This document shows, in pieces, positions 27,101 to 39,211 of a stretch of 64,000 nucleotides of DNA; position 1 is the first letter of the stretch, and the number at the start of each line of letters is the position of its first letter. Where the stretch lies: NCBI GenBank assembly GCA_002633005.1, contig NMRA01000218.1, forward strand, positions 436,658 to 500,657, read 5' to 3'. The position numbers and the translations under genes were made by a program. This DNA comes from Phoronis australis. Lineage: Eukaryota; Animalia; Phoronida. The notes under the pieces are model-generated. The model was not told the origin of the DNA, ran no database searches, and saw only the letters and a program-made list of their open reading frames with translations.

Positions 27101-27319
27101 GAAAGTGTAGTTTTTAACAACCTTCAAGCTTTTCGCGGCCATCTTAAGGAACATTCAGCTGCAACTGCAGCTTTCAAAGAAAAGGATGCTTGCCTTTCAA
27201 AAATGAATAAATTTCCACTCAACAAACTGAATGAGCTGGCAGCATCAAAAAAAACAGGTTTAGCGAACATTGCAAAGCAGAAGACGAAGTTGATTTCAAA
27301 AACAAAGAAACAAACCTAA
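24131..27319 (+). CDS. Transposon-derived 1062-aa ORF: Ulp1/C48-like cysteine protease, GATA-like zinc finger and two C2H2 fingers, with the transposase core deleted
   Basis: Protease motifs WLNDLLI, NHWAL (His), YADT (Asp) and PLQTCGTVCG (Gln/Cys). Finger motifs CDNC-x15-CRTC with Trp, CNTC...HIEFKH and CGYC...HLKEH. The in-frame upstream ORF 23678-24061 is separated by one TAA. The first ATG is at 24200 (MPPKR). Confidence 0.75.
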   Translation: MSSKLIICNVDKSLIYNPTSSTVMPPKRQIDNARQLLRKHNFANAVQLDYETFSKAGFEYFGNLFEAKGISAKVTHEITWLSNSDQYLKGMFVKPVGKQHVLSFQQQLLTGKNGGRFEAHPDLLLKDVEDLLCNYWLNDLLISKFASIQKIAIPFVQLFNCTTDLNDLKARIENRDGPHQSNFNIVLILHVGLNADVSTFLNQNQSGDIANHWALSVYSYKDQTLVYADTNGWDISDEFVDRFQLLRTMLGKGVSKTVKVHDPNGTVFIRNKSAKHSCTHLCSQSYPLQTCGTVCGVAATIGMALATCDNRSFSQIVNGFKVVKLGHIRNISEQSSLYRLVLINWLMSNDIIIDNLFLKPKLQLNKLGKGTKITEGTGRCNNVQVDKTENSMDTDISSSTTDIASSTTPDNQTITCEKAFSTTKSKLQLNRLGKGGITNDKNINSSNSVHLSTNIVDTSVTPMSNVQVKFGEEVHTSKQQMISQSTKFTNSTANTEKKHHHTKSSLKTTEDNSVSSHHSVNLDFTNMSSLVASNPKVYADSQYLRLQCILPNGIKVSKQFHCSSDQKNDGLAMQNIQDFLNSQACRIWLTSRMAKSSKKLGNKNLDWQYLGEVRIGPEALEYVESYLFNLNQAVKVAEPDCTSAVYHKDTPRTSVTSHEKWGKSSRGKGGKTNRLDQKFEYTGTSVNKNIITWYLTCASQTDQCRSDCGKLLTNFKTTIVNDECTNCRFHLKSNKKCDNCGKKYSSRWYTDDKTRCRTCYAYKQKHLTDRESDKCKIAVKDAVEHDHLKCKWQLKLVVNTRNTDIYEIYASSKNSKYHTSQPVALSKRPPLSVDEMKPLTEIQGSGYDPYRPILPRPDKSKETFCGRKTKRKATRKNFIEVAQSGRKALGKDIIGSIRTKTGEVENAIDLSTYIQDPVPVKKFKPIKENQCSQYIASNFSNEILEELQVCNTCILEGVSKPFYFTNEKSLERHIEFKHKKRRCGYCQQNGESVVFNNLQAFRGHLKEHSAATAAFKEKDACLSKMNKFPLNKLNELAASKKTGLANIAKQKTKLISKTKKQT

Positions 27320-27956
27320 AACCAGTTTGCAACATTTCTTCTGTTCTGTTTGTAACATGGAATGTTCCGATCCAGANCTAGCCTATTGAGGAGACAATGA
27401 CCATGCCTTTCCATTTTGCAAAGTATGCCCTCTACTGGCCACTTTATGGTACCAATAAATAACCCTAGAAGGATACCGTATGCGGTGCAATTGTGGGCGC
27501 ATTTCAACGCTCCGCGTTGCTCTTGTTTGTTCTTGTGGTTGACTGCACAGGCGCTTGAGTTTATCTGCTCCTCCATCACCACTAACGTCATTCATTACTA
27601 TAAGAAAACATGTTTCTTATATATGGTTATTAGCCGTCGAAAAATTCGAGCACCTGTGGTTAAATGGTGTTATGGGCATGCCGATGAGGAGACCGGAGGG
27701 AGTGAAAAAGTCGGAACTTTTTGCAAGTTGCATTTTTGTTTCAGTTTTTGATTCTGTGCGGATTGTTTATAAAATTTACTAAAATTACCCACCATCAAAA
27801 ATTTGTGGCCCAATGAAACAACAATGACCTGTAAATTTTTATTTTTTGAAGTACGACCACCAGCCATTTTGAATTTAAATCAAACGCAACCACCCATAAA
27901 TTTTTATTTCAGTTGCCTTCCCCCCCTCCCACACAGATTTTGCTGGAACAGCCCTA

Positions 27957-30900
27957 AGTCATCACTTAAAACTACAGAGGACAATTCCGTCACAAGCAAC
28001 CATTCAGTTAACCTTGACTTTACCAATATGTCGTCACTGGTAGCCAGCACTCCTAAAGTGTATGCAGGTGGTAAATACCTAAGGTTACAGTGTATACTAC
28101 CCAATGGAATCAAGGTGTCCAAACAATTTCACTGTTCTTCAGACCAGAAGAATGATGGTTTAGCCATGCAAAATATTCAAGATTTTTTAAATAGTGAGGC
28201 ATGTAGGATTTGGCTTACCTCAAGGATGGCAAAGTCATCTAAGAAACTTGGAAATAAGAACCTGAACTGGCAATATTTGGGTGAAGTACGTATTGATCCT
28301 GAAGCATTGGAATACGTTGAGTTGTATTTGGGTGAAGTACGTATTGGTCCTGAAGCATTGGAATACGTTGAGTCGTATTTGTTCAACTTAAATCAAGCAG
28401 TATAAGTTGCTGAACCCGATTGCACCGACATCAGCTGTTTACCATAAGGACACACCTAGGACCTCTGTTACTAGTCATGAAAAATGGGGGAAAAGTAGTC
28501 GTGGGAAAGGGGGAAAACTAACAGACTAGATCAAAAATTTGAGTACACCGGTACATCTGTCAATAAAAATATTATTACATGGTATTTGACTTGTGCATCT
28601 CAAACCGACCAATGCAGAAGTGATTGTGGCAAATTACTGACAAACTTCAAGGCCACAATTGTCAATGATTAGTGTACTAATTGTCGTTTTCATTTGAAGA
28701 GTAATAAAAAGTGTGATAATTGTGGCAAGAAATACTCCAGTAGATGGTACACTGACGACAAAACAAGATGCAGAACTTGTTATGCATATAAGCAGAAACA
28801 TTTGACCGACAGGGAATTAGATAAATGCAAAATAGCAGTGAAAGATGCAGTTGGTTGAACATGACCATCTTAAATATAAGTGGCAACTAAAATTGGTGGT
28901 GAACACTTAGGAATACCGACATTTATGAAATTTATGCAAGGAGCAAAAATAGTAAATATCACACCAGTCAGAGAGTGGCACTAAGTAAGAGACCGCCCCT
29001 TAGTGTAAAAACAAATTGGGACAGAAAGCGGTCTGAATGTAAGTTGTCAGCGCAGAGCATTCAGTCCACTAATTTAAGATCTATATCGGTTAACTTTGGA
29101 TCCGAAGATCAGTCCAAAGACTACTTTACATTAGGACAGGTCGGGAAACGTGTTAAAGTAGCAGATAAGCACCAGATTTCCTTAGCCATGGCGAAAAGAG
29201 ATGCTATCGAGATAAGGGCTGACTGGCGAGATACTGAAAAACTTCTTGAAGGAAAATATAAGTCAGTATTATTGTTTCAACGGGGCAATGGTGAATTAAA
29301 GAGATTATCATATTGTCCTAGCTGGTGAACAAAATATTGTGTTTAAAACAACATGGTTCTACTGTGTACGGATTTGACATAAAACATTTCATGTCTGTTT
29401 GCTACAAAACAGCTATTTTGACCTATTGTGATTTAAACAATAAAGGAAGGGTTGGGGCTGTATCAATATGTAATGTTGAAAATGAAAGTTCAATTTTGCT
29501 TACTTTGCAGATAGTTGCAGCAAATGTTCCTTGTTCAAATTCAAAATGCCAGCACCCTAGAAAATTGTTTATTTATAATGACGAGAATGGTTTCTTTTGG
29601 ATACGTTCATGCGCTTTTGATGAACCTTTTAGGCCCACAATACAACATGACAAAGCAATGAATATTCGAAATGCTGTCATGAAATTTGGATCTCTGTCGT
29701 CATTGTGCAACTTCCATGCACTTAACGCATTCCGTACAATTTTAAAGGAGGAAGCGGCACTGGTAAAAATTATGACCCCACTTGAAACTGGATTTAAGCA
29801 AATTTTGAGATCTTGGAACAGACATATGCTTGACGATCTAGCTGATAAATATAAAGACCTTATTTTGAATTGTGTACCAAGAGAAGTTGTTCCAGATAAC
29901 GTGAAAACAAAACTCTTACGGTACTTAGATAATCAATGGTTTAACTGTGTCTGGACAGATAACTATACACATCTTCAGTTATATACCTAGTACCTGATGT
30001 AGATAAACGAAATCCATTAATTTTGACTGACAACATAACCGAAAGAAAATTCAAAGAAATTCAAGAATCAGATTTTTTAAGTCGCTGCAATCGCATGAGT
30101 CATCTAGTGAATGTCATGATCTCCTTGTTATTAAATCGCGAAGCAGTACATAAAACACAATCTCACAAAGAAAAGCCTAAAATTACAAACAAAACCAAAG
30201 TAATGAAGACTATTCTTCGAAGGTTAGCAATTAGTGCGATAACGCCAATTTCAAATGGTTGGTATTTGGTGTCCTCTGGTAGTGGAAATTTGGAGAAATC
30301 TGGTCTTTCCAACAAATTTTTACTCAGGTGAGGATGAAAATCTTCAAAACATTCTTGAGGATATTGAAGTTTCTTATGAATGTGCCTCTCAAGTTCTTTC
30401 AAGAAGTTTTGACCCATCAGTTGCACAAAATACAATTTTTGAGCATGGATATAGCGCTGAAGATGCTGTGAGGAGAACCAACTTAGATTTAATAAACATG
30501 TGTCTCTATTTTAATCGTGAGAAAACAAAAACAAAAGATTATCTTCCAGATCAGTGTCAACCATTGTTGGGCAATTTTGACCACATTTGTAATATTGACC
30601 TTTGCACTTGTACTTGCTTGGCTTTCGAACACAGCAGGTCAATCATATTTTTGCAAGCACCTGCATGCTGTGCTTCGAATAAAAATCAAGAGAATGACCC
30701 GAATGTACTTTTTCAATTGTATTTAGCTACAGTGCCCACAATTCCCGACTATTTGTCCAGCTTCAAAGATACTCTATTTCAAGAAAATGACGCGACTGAT
30801 TTTACTAAGCAACTGAAATCAGTGTCTCACATAGCAACTAGGGTAGAAATAGAAAAACTGCAACAAGACGGCACAATTTTGCAAGTCCTGCACAACAGTT

Positions 30901-31871
30901 ACCTTTGTAGCAATGTTTCAGGTGGAAGACCAGCACAAGTCATGCCTCATAAACAAGGATACAGAAGAAAAATGCGACCACTGGATGAGATGAAGCCTTT
31001 GACTGAAATTCAGGGAAGTGGTTATGACCCGTACAGACCTGTATTACCAAGACCTGACAAGTCAAACGAAACATTTTGTGGGAGGAAAACAAAAAGAAAA
31101 GCTACAAGAAAATTTTTTATTGAAGTTGCACAATCTGGAATGAAAGCACTGGGTAAGGACATAATAGGATCTATACGAACCAAAACTGGTGAGGTGGAAA
31201 ATGCAATAGAGTTGTCTACTTACATACAAGACCCTGTTCCTGTGAAGAAATTCAAGCCAATAAAAGAAAACCAGTGTTCACAGTATATAGCTTCCAACTT
31301 CGGCTATGAAATACTCGAGGAGTTGCAGGTTTGTAACACTTGTATTTTAGAAGGTGTCGGCAAACCATTTTATTTTACAAATGAGAAATCACTAGAAAGA
31401 CACATTGAATTTAAGCACAAGAAGAGGAGGTGTGGATACTGTCAACAAAATGGTGAAAGTGTAGTTTTTAACAACCTTCAAGCTTTTCGCGGCCATCTTA
31501 AGGAACATTCAGCTGCAACTGCAGCTTTCAACAAAAAGGATGCTTGCCTTTCAAAGATGAATAAATTTCCACTCAAAAAACTGAATGAGATGGCAGCATC
31601 AAAAAAACAGGTTTAGCGAACATTGCAAAGCAGAAGACGAAGTTGATTTCAAAAACAAAGAAACAAACCTAAAACCAGTTTGCGACATTTATTCTGTTCT
31701 GTTTGTAACATGGAATGTTCCGATCCAGATGGTGGTGTCACACCATCAATCCAATGTCATAAATGTGATGACCGGTTCCATTTCAAATGTGTTAACTTGA
31801 TGGAAGACAATCAACCACCTCCTGTGGTAAACTGGTTTTGTTTAATATGTGACACGGAACTACAAGAGTAA
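27957..31871 (+). mobile_element. Degenerate Mutator/MULE-like transposase copy with SWIM, C2H2 and PHD domains
   Basis: Near-identical to 25637-27377 but with an extra ~1976 bp (29007-30982). That segment encodes YGFDIKH, QHDKAMNIRNAV, CNFHAL, YLDNQWF and TDNITERKF (D-D-CxxH-E pattern) plus SWIM CTC...CKHL. The C-terminal PHD reads CSVC...IQCHKCDDRFHFKCV...WFCLIC. Many stops and frameshifts. Confidence 0.82.
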
Positions 31872-32949
31872 ACGGACCATGAGTCTTGTGAGCGTGGCAA
31901 CATATTTTGCTTTATTTATTTATTTATGTTGCGTTCATTAATATGCACGTGTAATTTATTAATATGTATTGACTGTGAAATCACTTCTGATGCCTTGGTG
32001 ATGATCTATTCATTACACCGTGACTTTTGCTCATGTTTACATACAGGGTGTTCACGCTGGTTAGTCTTAGTAGAAGTATATAGCGAGCTAATGGCAATTG
32101 TATTATGAAAAAACTTTGAAGAAATAAAAATTTTTGGATTCTTGCACAACGTTGTTATTATTTAAAGCAAGCCTTCTTCAACTGTAATTCACAAGATTTT
32201 TGCAAAAAAGAGGATTTTGTTGGGTGCAATCTGTGAATTGACAAAAAATAGTTGTGCATACTAATTAAGATTCACCCAATGAACGGTTCTCACCAATTGA
32301 TAAAATTAAGCAGTACCAACGGTTAATATGAAAAGTGGCATTGATTTGGAAATTGAAAATATTTGGGAAATTGAAGATAATTGGAAATTGAAGATGGTTC
32401 ACATTTGGTAAAATCACCTAACTCCGCCAAGGTGCTTGCATCAAAACACCTGCATCACCTTGCCAGTCCCAAGCCTGGATGAAGGAGGAGGGGGTGTTCT
32501 CTAGTTTCACATTAGAAGCTTATTGGTACTTTGGTTTTGGCAGGCATCGGGCCAAGACAAACTTCAGCCCAGCACTGGCAACAGGCAAGAAAAATAGGCA
32601 GGGAAAACTCAGACTGTGAGATTTTAAAATAGTAAGAATTGTGTTAAGTGAATCACATTCAGTCCTAAACACTTGATGACGTCGAATGTTTACGGCACCT
32701 TAAAATGTTAACCTCCAAGTCCTTTGTCCCTGGCCCATTGATGACTAGCCAGGGTTTTCTTCTTAAAACCAGCAAGGGTGTCCATATTAGATCTGCTCTC
32801 CGGCGCCAACTGGAACAGACATCTCCTTTAATAAAAGTGAGTACTCTTTTGCCTAGCTAGTGAACCTGCAGTAATACAACATGTGTATTGTAATCCTTTT
32901 ACTCAGTCCTAGTGACTAAGAGTCTTAGTCTTAGAGATTTAGGCCTACT

Positions 32950-33547
32950 GAAATGTCACCCAGCGGAGCTAGGTAGGACCTAGCATTTGTATTTTTGTGA
33001 TGATACCTGGATCAGCTAGTTGACATTTGCAAGAGGTCAACCAGTAGAGTGAGGTAGAACATAGCATCTGAATGTGTGTGATGATACTTGGATCAGCTAG
33101 TTGACATTTGCAAAATGTCAACCAGCGGAGTCAGGTAGGACCTAGCATTTCTATTTTTGTGATGATACCTGGATCAGCTAGTTGACATTTGCAAAATGTC
33201 AACCAGCAGAGTCAGGTAGGACCTAGCATTTGTATTTTTGTGATGATACCTGGATCAGCTAGTTGACATTTGCAAAATGTCAACCAGTAGAGTGAGGTAG
33301 AACATAGCATCTGAATGTGTGTGATGATACTTGGATCAGCTAGTTGACATTTGCAAAATGTCAAACAGCGGAGTCAGGTAGAACCTAGCATTTGTATTTT
33401 TGTGAAGATACCTGGATCAGCTAGTTGACATTTGCAAAATGTGAACCAGCGGAGTCAGGTAGAACCTAGCATTTATATTTTTGTGATGATACCTGGATCA
33501 GCTAGTTGACATTTGCAAAATGTCAACCAGTGGAGTCAGGTAGAACT
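32950..33547. repeat. 81-bp minisatellite, about 7.3 copies
   Basis: GATCAGCTAG occurs at 33010, 33091, 33172, 33253, 33334, 33415 and 33496, an exact 81-bp period. The consensus unit has stops in all six frames. Confidence 0.95.
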
Positions 33548-34498
33548 AGTTGTCTGGTAATTCAGAAGTGTTTTTCAAAAATTTCAGGTCATTTGCATGG
33601 AGTTTTTTGATGGCGTTGCGCTACCCGATAGATGACACAAGCTCGAATGAAAGATGAAGTAAACAATACAGGTAACTATATGAAAATGTTGAATTGCCAT
33701 GTGTAAGTTATTCGCAGATGCACAATTAATTGGTGACATATGTAACTGTGCACTTTTAGGGCAATTCCTAATTTAAAAAAATAATTAAGTATAATTGTCA
33801 TTCTAGTGATCATTTTTAAACATTTCACATTTCATCTTTAGGATGGCCATATTTACTCATTAGTTTTGATATTGTTTCATATCATTCAAGATATTCAATT
33901 TGTTTAAAAGTTAACATCATAAAGAGTGTAAATTGACAGCATAGACGTCTCTGTGATGATGATCTTGTGCAAAAGGCCAAATCGATGTATTTTGATTAAA
34001 AAACAATAGATGTTGCATTGCTCTAATTTAATTTTGAGTCAATTGCAAAGTACCAATTACAGCTTAATTATTCTGAATTGATATCTTCGCCATGAGAAAC
34101 AGTTTTATCTTAGAAGTTCAGAGCGTATGTCCATGACTCACTCAACATCTAATTGGCTAACAAAAATATCTTAGAAGTTATCATCAAAGTGCAATTCACC
34201 CATAATTAATGTTAATGTTGATGTATGCATTGAAAGTGTAAGTGAGACCCAACAAATTATATTCCTAGGAAGAAAATATTTTTCACAAAGTTGATCAAAA
34301 TATTCTCTGATTATAAACCCACTGTCCATCAAAATGGAATTGATTGCGTCACAGCTACTAGTATGTGACTTGCATTCAATTTGTTCCTTTTGTATGCAAC
34401 GCTTTCTTTACTCCATGTTACTTCTTGCAGTCTTCTTGTCTCAATGTACCCACTTGTAGCTCAGTGCAAACCGATTCTGCCTTCTGGAACATAACACA

Positions 34499-34619
34499 CA
34501 TGGACGGCGCACCATAGGGGGCTGGGGGAGCCATAGCCCCCCCACTTTTTTCAGTGCTCCGGCGCCCATGGTCTTTGGGCGGTGTACCACAGGGGGGCTG
34601 GGGGGCTGCGCTGCCCATG
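34499..34619. mobile_element. 121-bp hAT-like MITE with 5-bp TSD
   Basis: TIR CATGGACGGCGCA / TGCGCTGCCCATG (11/13 match). ACACA directly flanks both sides. Confidence 0.65.
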
Positions 34620-35995
34620 ACACATATGACAGTTTGTCTTTGATTCTGCAAACATTGACCATCATGATCTTAACTGGTTGTCTTTTACATTTTGAAACTT
34701 TAAGGTTTTATTTTGTGATATTATTTTAAGGATGAGTCCTCATGCAGTGGACAAGCTTACTTAATAATGACATTATTTTGCTTTCTCATCAGATCACTGT
34801 CAAGCTTCAGCAGAGTTTATTCATGAAGACCATGGGCATTTTCAGTGTTATTGCCTTACTCGAACGGAAGTAAGCAGTACGAATTTCGCCCTGATGTGCC
34901 ACCACTGCGTTAATGTAGGATACCCAGCCGTACCAGGCCTCTTCCCTGTGAAAGTTACAAAGACAGATCTCTGCACACACACAGAGAAAGTGAACAAGTA
35001 TGTAGTTCAAGGGGTTTTACAACCCATGTTTGGTTACAAATGAATTTTTTGTTCATCGACTTTTTGCTGTGAAATTAGTCTTTCACCTTTTGTTACTAGA
35101 GCTTTAGAAAGGATATCTGAAACAGTAAACGAGAGTGGTCTTTGAAATTGTAGTAAGACTTGTTGCAGATACGAATGTTAAATCTGTGCTCTCTAACATT
35201 AACATGCATGTATATTCGCTGGCTGTAACAAGTGACATGCTTGAAAAAAGAACAGAAAAAGTAAAATTGGGACCACCCCCACCAACGCCTAGTTAGGTTT
35301 TTTGGTCATTTTTAAGAGTCCAAATTAGGAAATACGAGTGCAAATTTTCAAATATAAGTCAAATTTTAAAGGGAACTGTTTCTCCTGTATGGTACGCTGG
35401 ATTGTCATTTCATCAGAAAAGCAACATGTAGGGTTTCAGATCTCCCAAGCTTAGTAGTTTTAACTACTAAGAATTAAAATTTGGCATTGTGAGGAAGAAG
35501 CAGCAAGTGGTTTAATTTTCAGTTTGTAACTTTGAACCTAATGGGGTTTTATGCAATGCCTAAGATTGGCGGTGAAATCTATATATCGTATACATAAATA
35601 AGCAGTGTGTTGTGACCAAGCTGTTTAACGGAAAATGTTGAATGCTATAGGCATTAAATTGAGGATCTTACAAAACATTTACCAGTTCAGTAATGTCATT
35701 ACTACTGTGTAAAGTAAGTAAGTACCTGAAAACACATTTACAGAGTTTTAATTGCTGGAGTTTCTATTTCAGATGCATCAACCACAAAACATCTTAGATT
35801 CCATTCTTCATTGTGCTGCCTCAGGATGCCATGTTTTCACTTCATATCCAGCAATTGTCGTGACCGTCACATACTAAAAACAGAGGATGGGCATACAAAG
35901 TAGTCTGGTGTCTATAACAGAATTATTGAAATGTAGTAGGGTGTAAAATTCGTAAGTCTTCATTACTGATGACGTTTGCCATATGGTGTGCTTAA

Positions 35996-36345
35996 AGGTT
36001 ATGTAGTACTTTATCGACAAGTACGTACATTAAGTAAAATATTTACTTCGTGTTGTATAACATAATGTTGAAGATAAATCTCAAAAATGCTGTTACAGTT
36101 TGCTAAAGTACCGTCTCATTTTTGTTTTATGCAATGTAAAAAATTCATGAAATTTATGCAATTCCTACTTTCTGGTTGGTCCTCACGCCAATGTGGAACA
36201 TTTTAAAAAAACATTTCTAACGGCATGTTGGGAATTAGTTTATAATGTATATTCTGTGAAATTTTCGCGTGAATCCAATCAGCATCTTGTAAGATGTCCC
36301 AAAGATGGACAAAATTGGACATTTTGATAAGGTCCTACATAACCA
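35996..36345. mobile_element. Kolobok-like MITE
   Basis: TTAA followed by AGGTTATGTAGTACTTTATC on the left, and GATAAGGTCCTACATAACC on the right (inverted match). The right TSD is not intact. Confidence 0.45.
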
Positions 36346-39211
36346 AAATGCTTTATGATTATTATGTATTGAGCATCATTAACATAACCTCTGACAATTA
36401 TGTCTTGCAGTGCTTGATTTAGTGAACTACAGATTGTGTTTGATCACCTGGGAAAAATCCCAAGTCGCCATGAAGTCACCTCTGCGAGTATCTAAGTCAG
36501 ACAATAATTCCCTCGAAATTTGTTTCAAAGTTTTTGTTGACTCCCAAATTTTAAGTTACAAAACATTTTCTTAGATTTGATACCTTTGTTTACAATAATC
36601 TCGTTTATTTCATGAAATCGGTGCATTTGCCACCACAGCAGTTAGCACTTGTCAAACTTGCATTAAAATTACATCAGGAAGTACACAGGTGGAAGTTGGC
36701 GATAATCATGCAAGATGAGTGAAACTAACGCCTACAGTGTATATGATCACCCACATTCTGGGTATGCGACATAAGTTCCCAAGAACGGAGTATAGCATAA
36801 CCTTTTTAGCCAACTATTCTGATGACTACTAAAACATCAGTTTTGGATGACGTCAGATTTCCTTTGGCGACCTGGGATTTTCAGCAAGTAGCCAAATGCG
36901 ACTTGTCTTCAAGCTAAGTTTTGAGCATCATCTTACAATGCCGGCAATATCCCAAGATTGGTTAAGTGTGATCATTTTTGCAAACCTAAAAAATTCATGG
37001 TTCTTTAATGAGAACATTTTGAAAGTGATGAGCAGCAGGGGGCGCTCCTGTAATTGAAATTATTATTACCTTGCCCATGACATGAGCTGAATGTTACTCT
37101 GATATTGGCAGATCAACAAATATGTATTTTTCAACACATACTTGCTCCTAGTTAGGAAACATCAAGTCGTTGTGAAGTGCCTCTGACATCTTTTCTCTGT
37201 TATATAATATGCATTGTAGTTGGATAAGAGATGACTATGGAAAATGTAGCTAGTGAATCTGTTGTACCATTAGCATAACCAGGTATGACATCAAGTTAAA
37301 ATCAGAAACTTCAGACTAGAGCAAACCAAGTTTGTACTGGCTGAAGTAATCGCTTAAAAGCACACAATGCATATTCTTAAAAACATTCATTTTGGTTTGT
37401 GTTTTTAGAGTATGTCTCAGTACTGAATGCTATGAACTTTCACAATTTTGACACGTGTTTAAACTGCCCTATTGCTGAATGAAATTCAGTGTTTGGTCAT
37501 TGAGGCTAACTTCATTTAATGTACTTAGAAATGTGTTTTGATTTGACTTGACATTACTTAATTAACACTACATAGGACTTTAATTATACTTGGTTGCTAT
37601 GCTCATCTTGTACCCTCGAAAAGCAACTAACTTCTTGCATGCATATTGATTCTTCACATCCTCGTTTTTTTTCCATCCAGTGACTTCCTTGGTCTGTACA
37701 TTTTGTCTGTATGCGTGTTCAGTCTGTAATACCTGTAAAATGAGCTCTAGATTTAGTGATGGGGAAACAAGTAAGAATATCAAACTAATCATGATGCTGT
37801 TTTACATTTGGATCTAGCTTTAACAACATGATTGTACTTCAGCGTCATCACCTACTTCACTTAAAATGTATGGCAAAGTGTCACAAATACTTGTATGATC
37901 TTTATTTGTTGTGTATACTGAACGTTACTCAGATGTCTTAGGATTCAATACCTTTTTTGCTTTTGTCTGTTTGAGACTTGATGATACTTCATTACTTTTG
38001 AACCCATTAAGCTTATCTTAAAACTGTTTCCGTTGCCCATCATCTTCAGTTCTGACTGTAAAGTTACTGTGGTTGTCTGAAAGAGAGGAATATACATATT
38101 AGTAACAGTTTAGTTTTTTCACTAAAATGGTAAATTTGCTGTTTTGCGTAGTATTTAGGTTATGATTAACTGTCAGGCAAAGTAGAAAAATATACATCCT
38201 ACAGCATACAAAATTGATCCGTGTGTGTAACCTTTTTTGGGGTTCTGACACCCAGGGTAGTTTAACTTGGTAACAGGGATATCTTTAATTAACAGTCTTG
38301 GACTGGGGCACTTATGCAAACGTGTATGGCTGCCATCATGGGGCCACAAGCAACACAAATCAGTACAAAACTATCGGTACTTATCAGCCCAAAAATACAC
38401 CAGCAATGTAAGAAACCCCAATATAACAAAATCAGTAGTGTGCACAGTTATTGGTACCAACAAAACAAAATAAAAGTACACCAAAATTAATAGAACACAC
38501 AGTTGGACATTATAATCTGTATCTGATCTGGAGAGAAAGTGAATACTGACTTTGAGTACTGAGCTAAGTGGATAGTGTTGAGTTTTAACACTACCAAAGA
38601 ATAATTGCATGTATTCCAACTCACCTTCACCGAGTTCATATAGGCCAACTTTCCAATTGCTCTTTGACAGCCGTGTAGTTGACTGACATCTCCACTCCAA
38701 AATCTTTTACTGGGTTTGATGCTGCCTCGTAATTTTCTACAAAGCCATGGATATTACCCCAGTGTTTTTTGATTGAAATACTTCACCCACTCTTTTTCTG
38801 TGGAGACACTCTGACAAATGCTCACATTTTCTTTGCTTGCCTGTGCGGTATGTGGGGAGAGCAGAGGGCCCCACTTTTCCAGACACTCAAAAAATCTGAC
38901 GTTTACAAAAATATTCAGATTTTCTTCTAAGTGGATGTAAATTGGAGCTCGACCTAAATGAAAATAAGATTTTATTCAAAAAAGTTTCAAAATTCCTTTT
39001 TAATATTAAATTTCTGTGTGAGTCCAGCTGATCGAATTTTGGTAGCCGCACGATTTTGTCTTTCGTATCTTCTTTGTAGAAGAGTGTCTGGGAATCCCTC
39101 GCTGGTTCCCTGCGTGCCGCTAGGTGGGCTGGGCTAAGCACGCAGGGAACTAGTCTCCTGCACAAACCCTCGAGCAATCCGTGACGTCAGCTTGTGAGGC
39201 CCGGGAACCAG

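Noticed and set aside
32455-32500. GCCAGTCCCAAGCCTGGATGAAGGAGGAGGG, reminiscent of RTE-type 5' UTR / HDV-like ribozyme regions
   Set aside because: I could not fold a complete HDV-like pseudoknot and found no linked RTE coding sequence.
32950-33547. CRISPR-like array (palindromic repeat at a fixed period)
   Set aside because: The intervening sequences are themselves repeated rather than unique spacers, there are no cas genes, and the context is eukaryotic.
38173-38830. Hydrophobic minus-strand ORF as the M4 or terminal exon of the Cys-loop receptor
   Set aside because: No D..SR..FP...F...Y M4 signature, and stops occur in the candidate frames.
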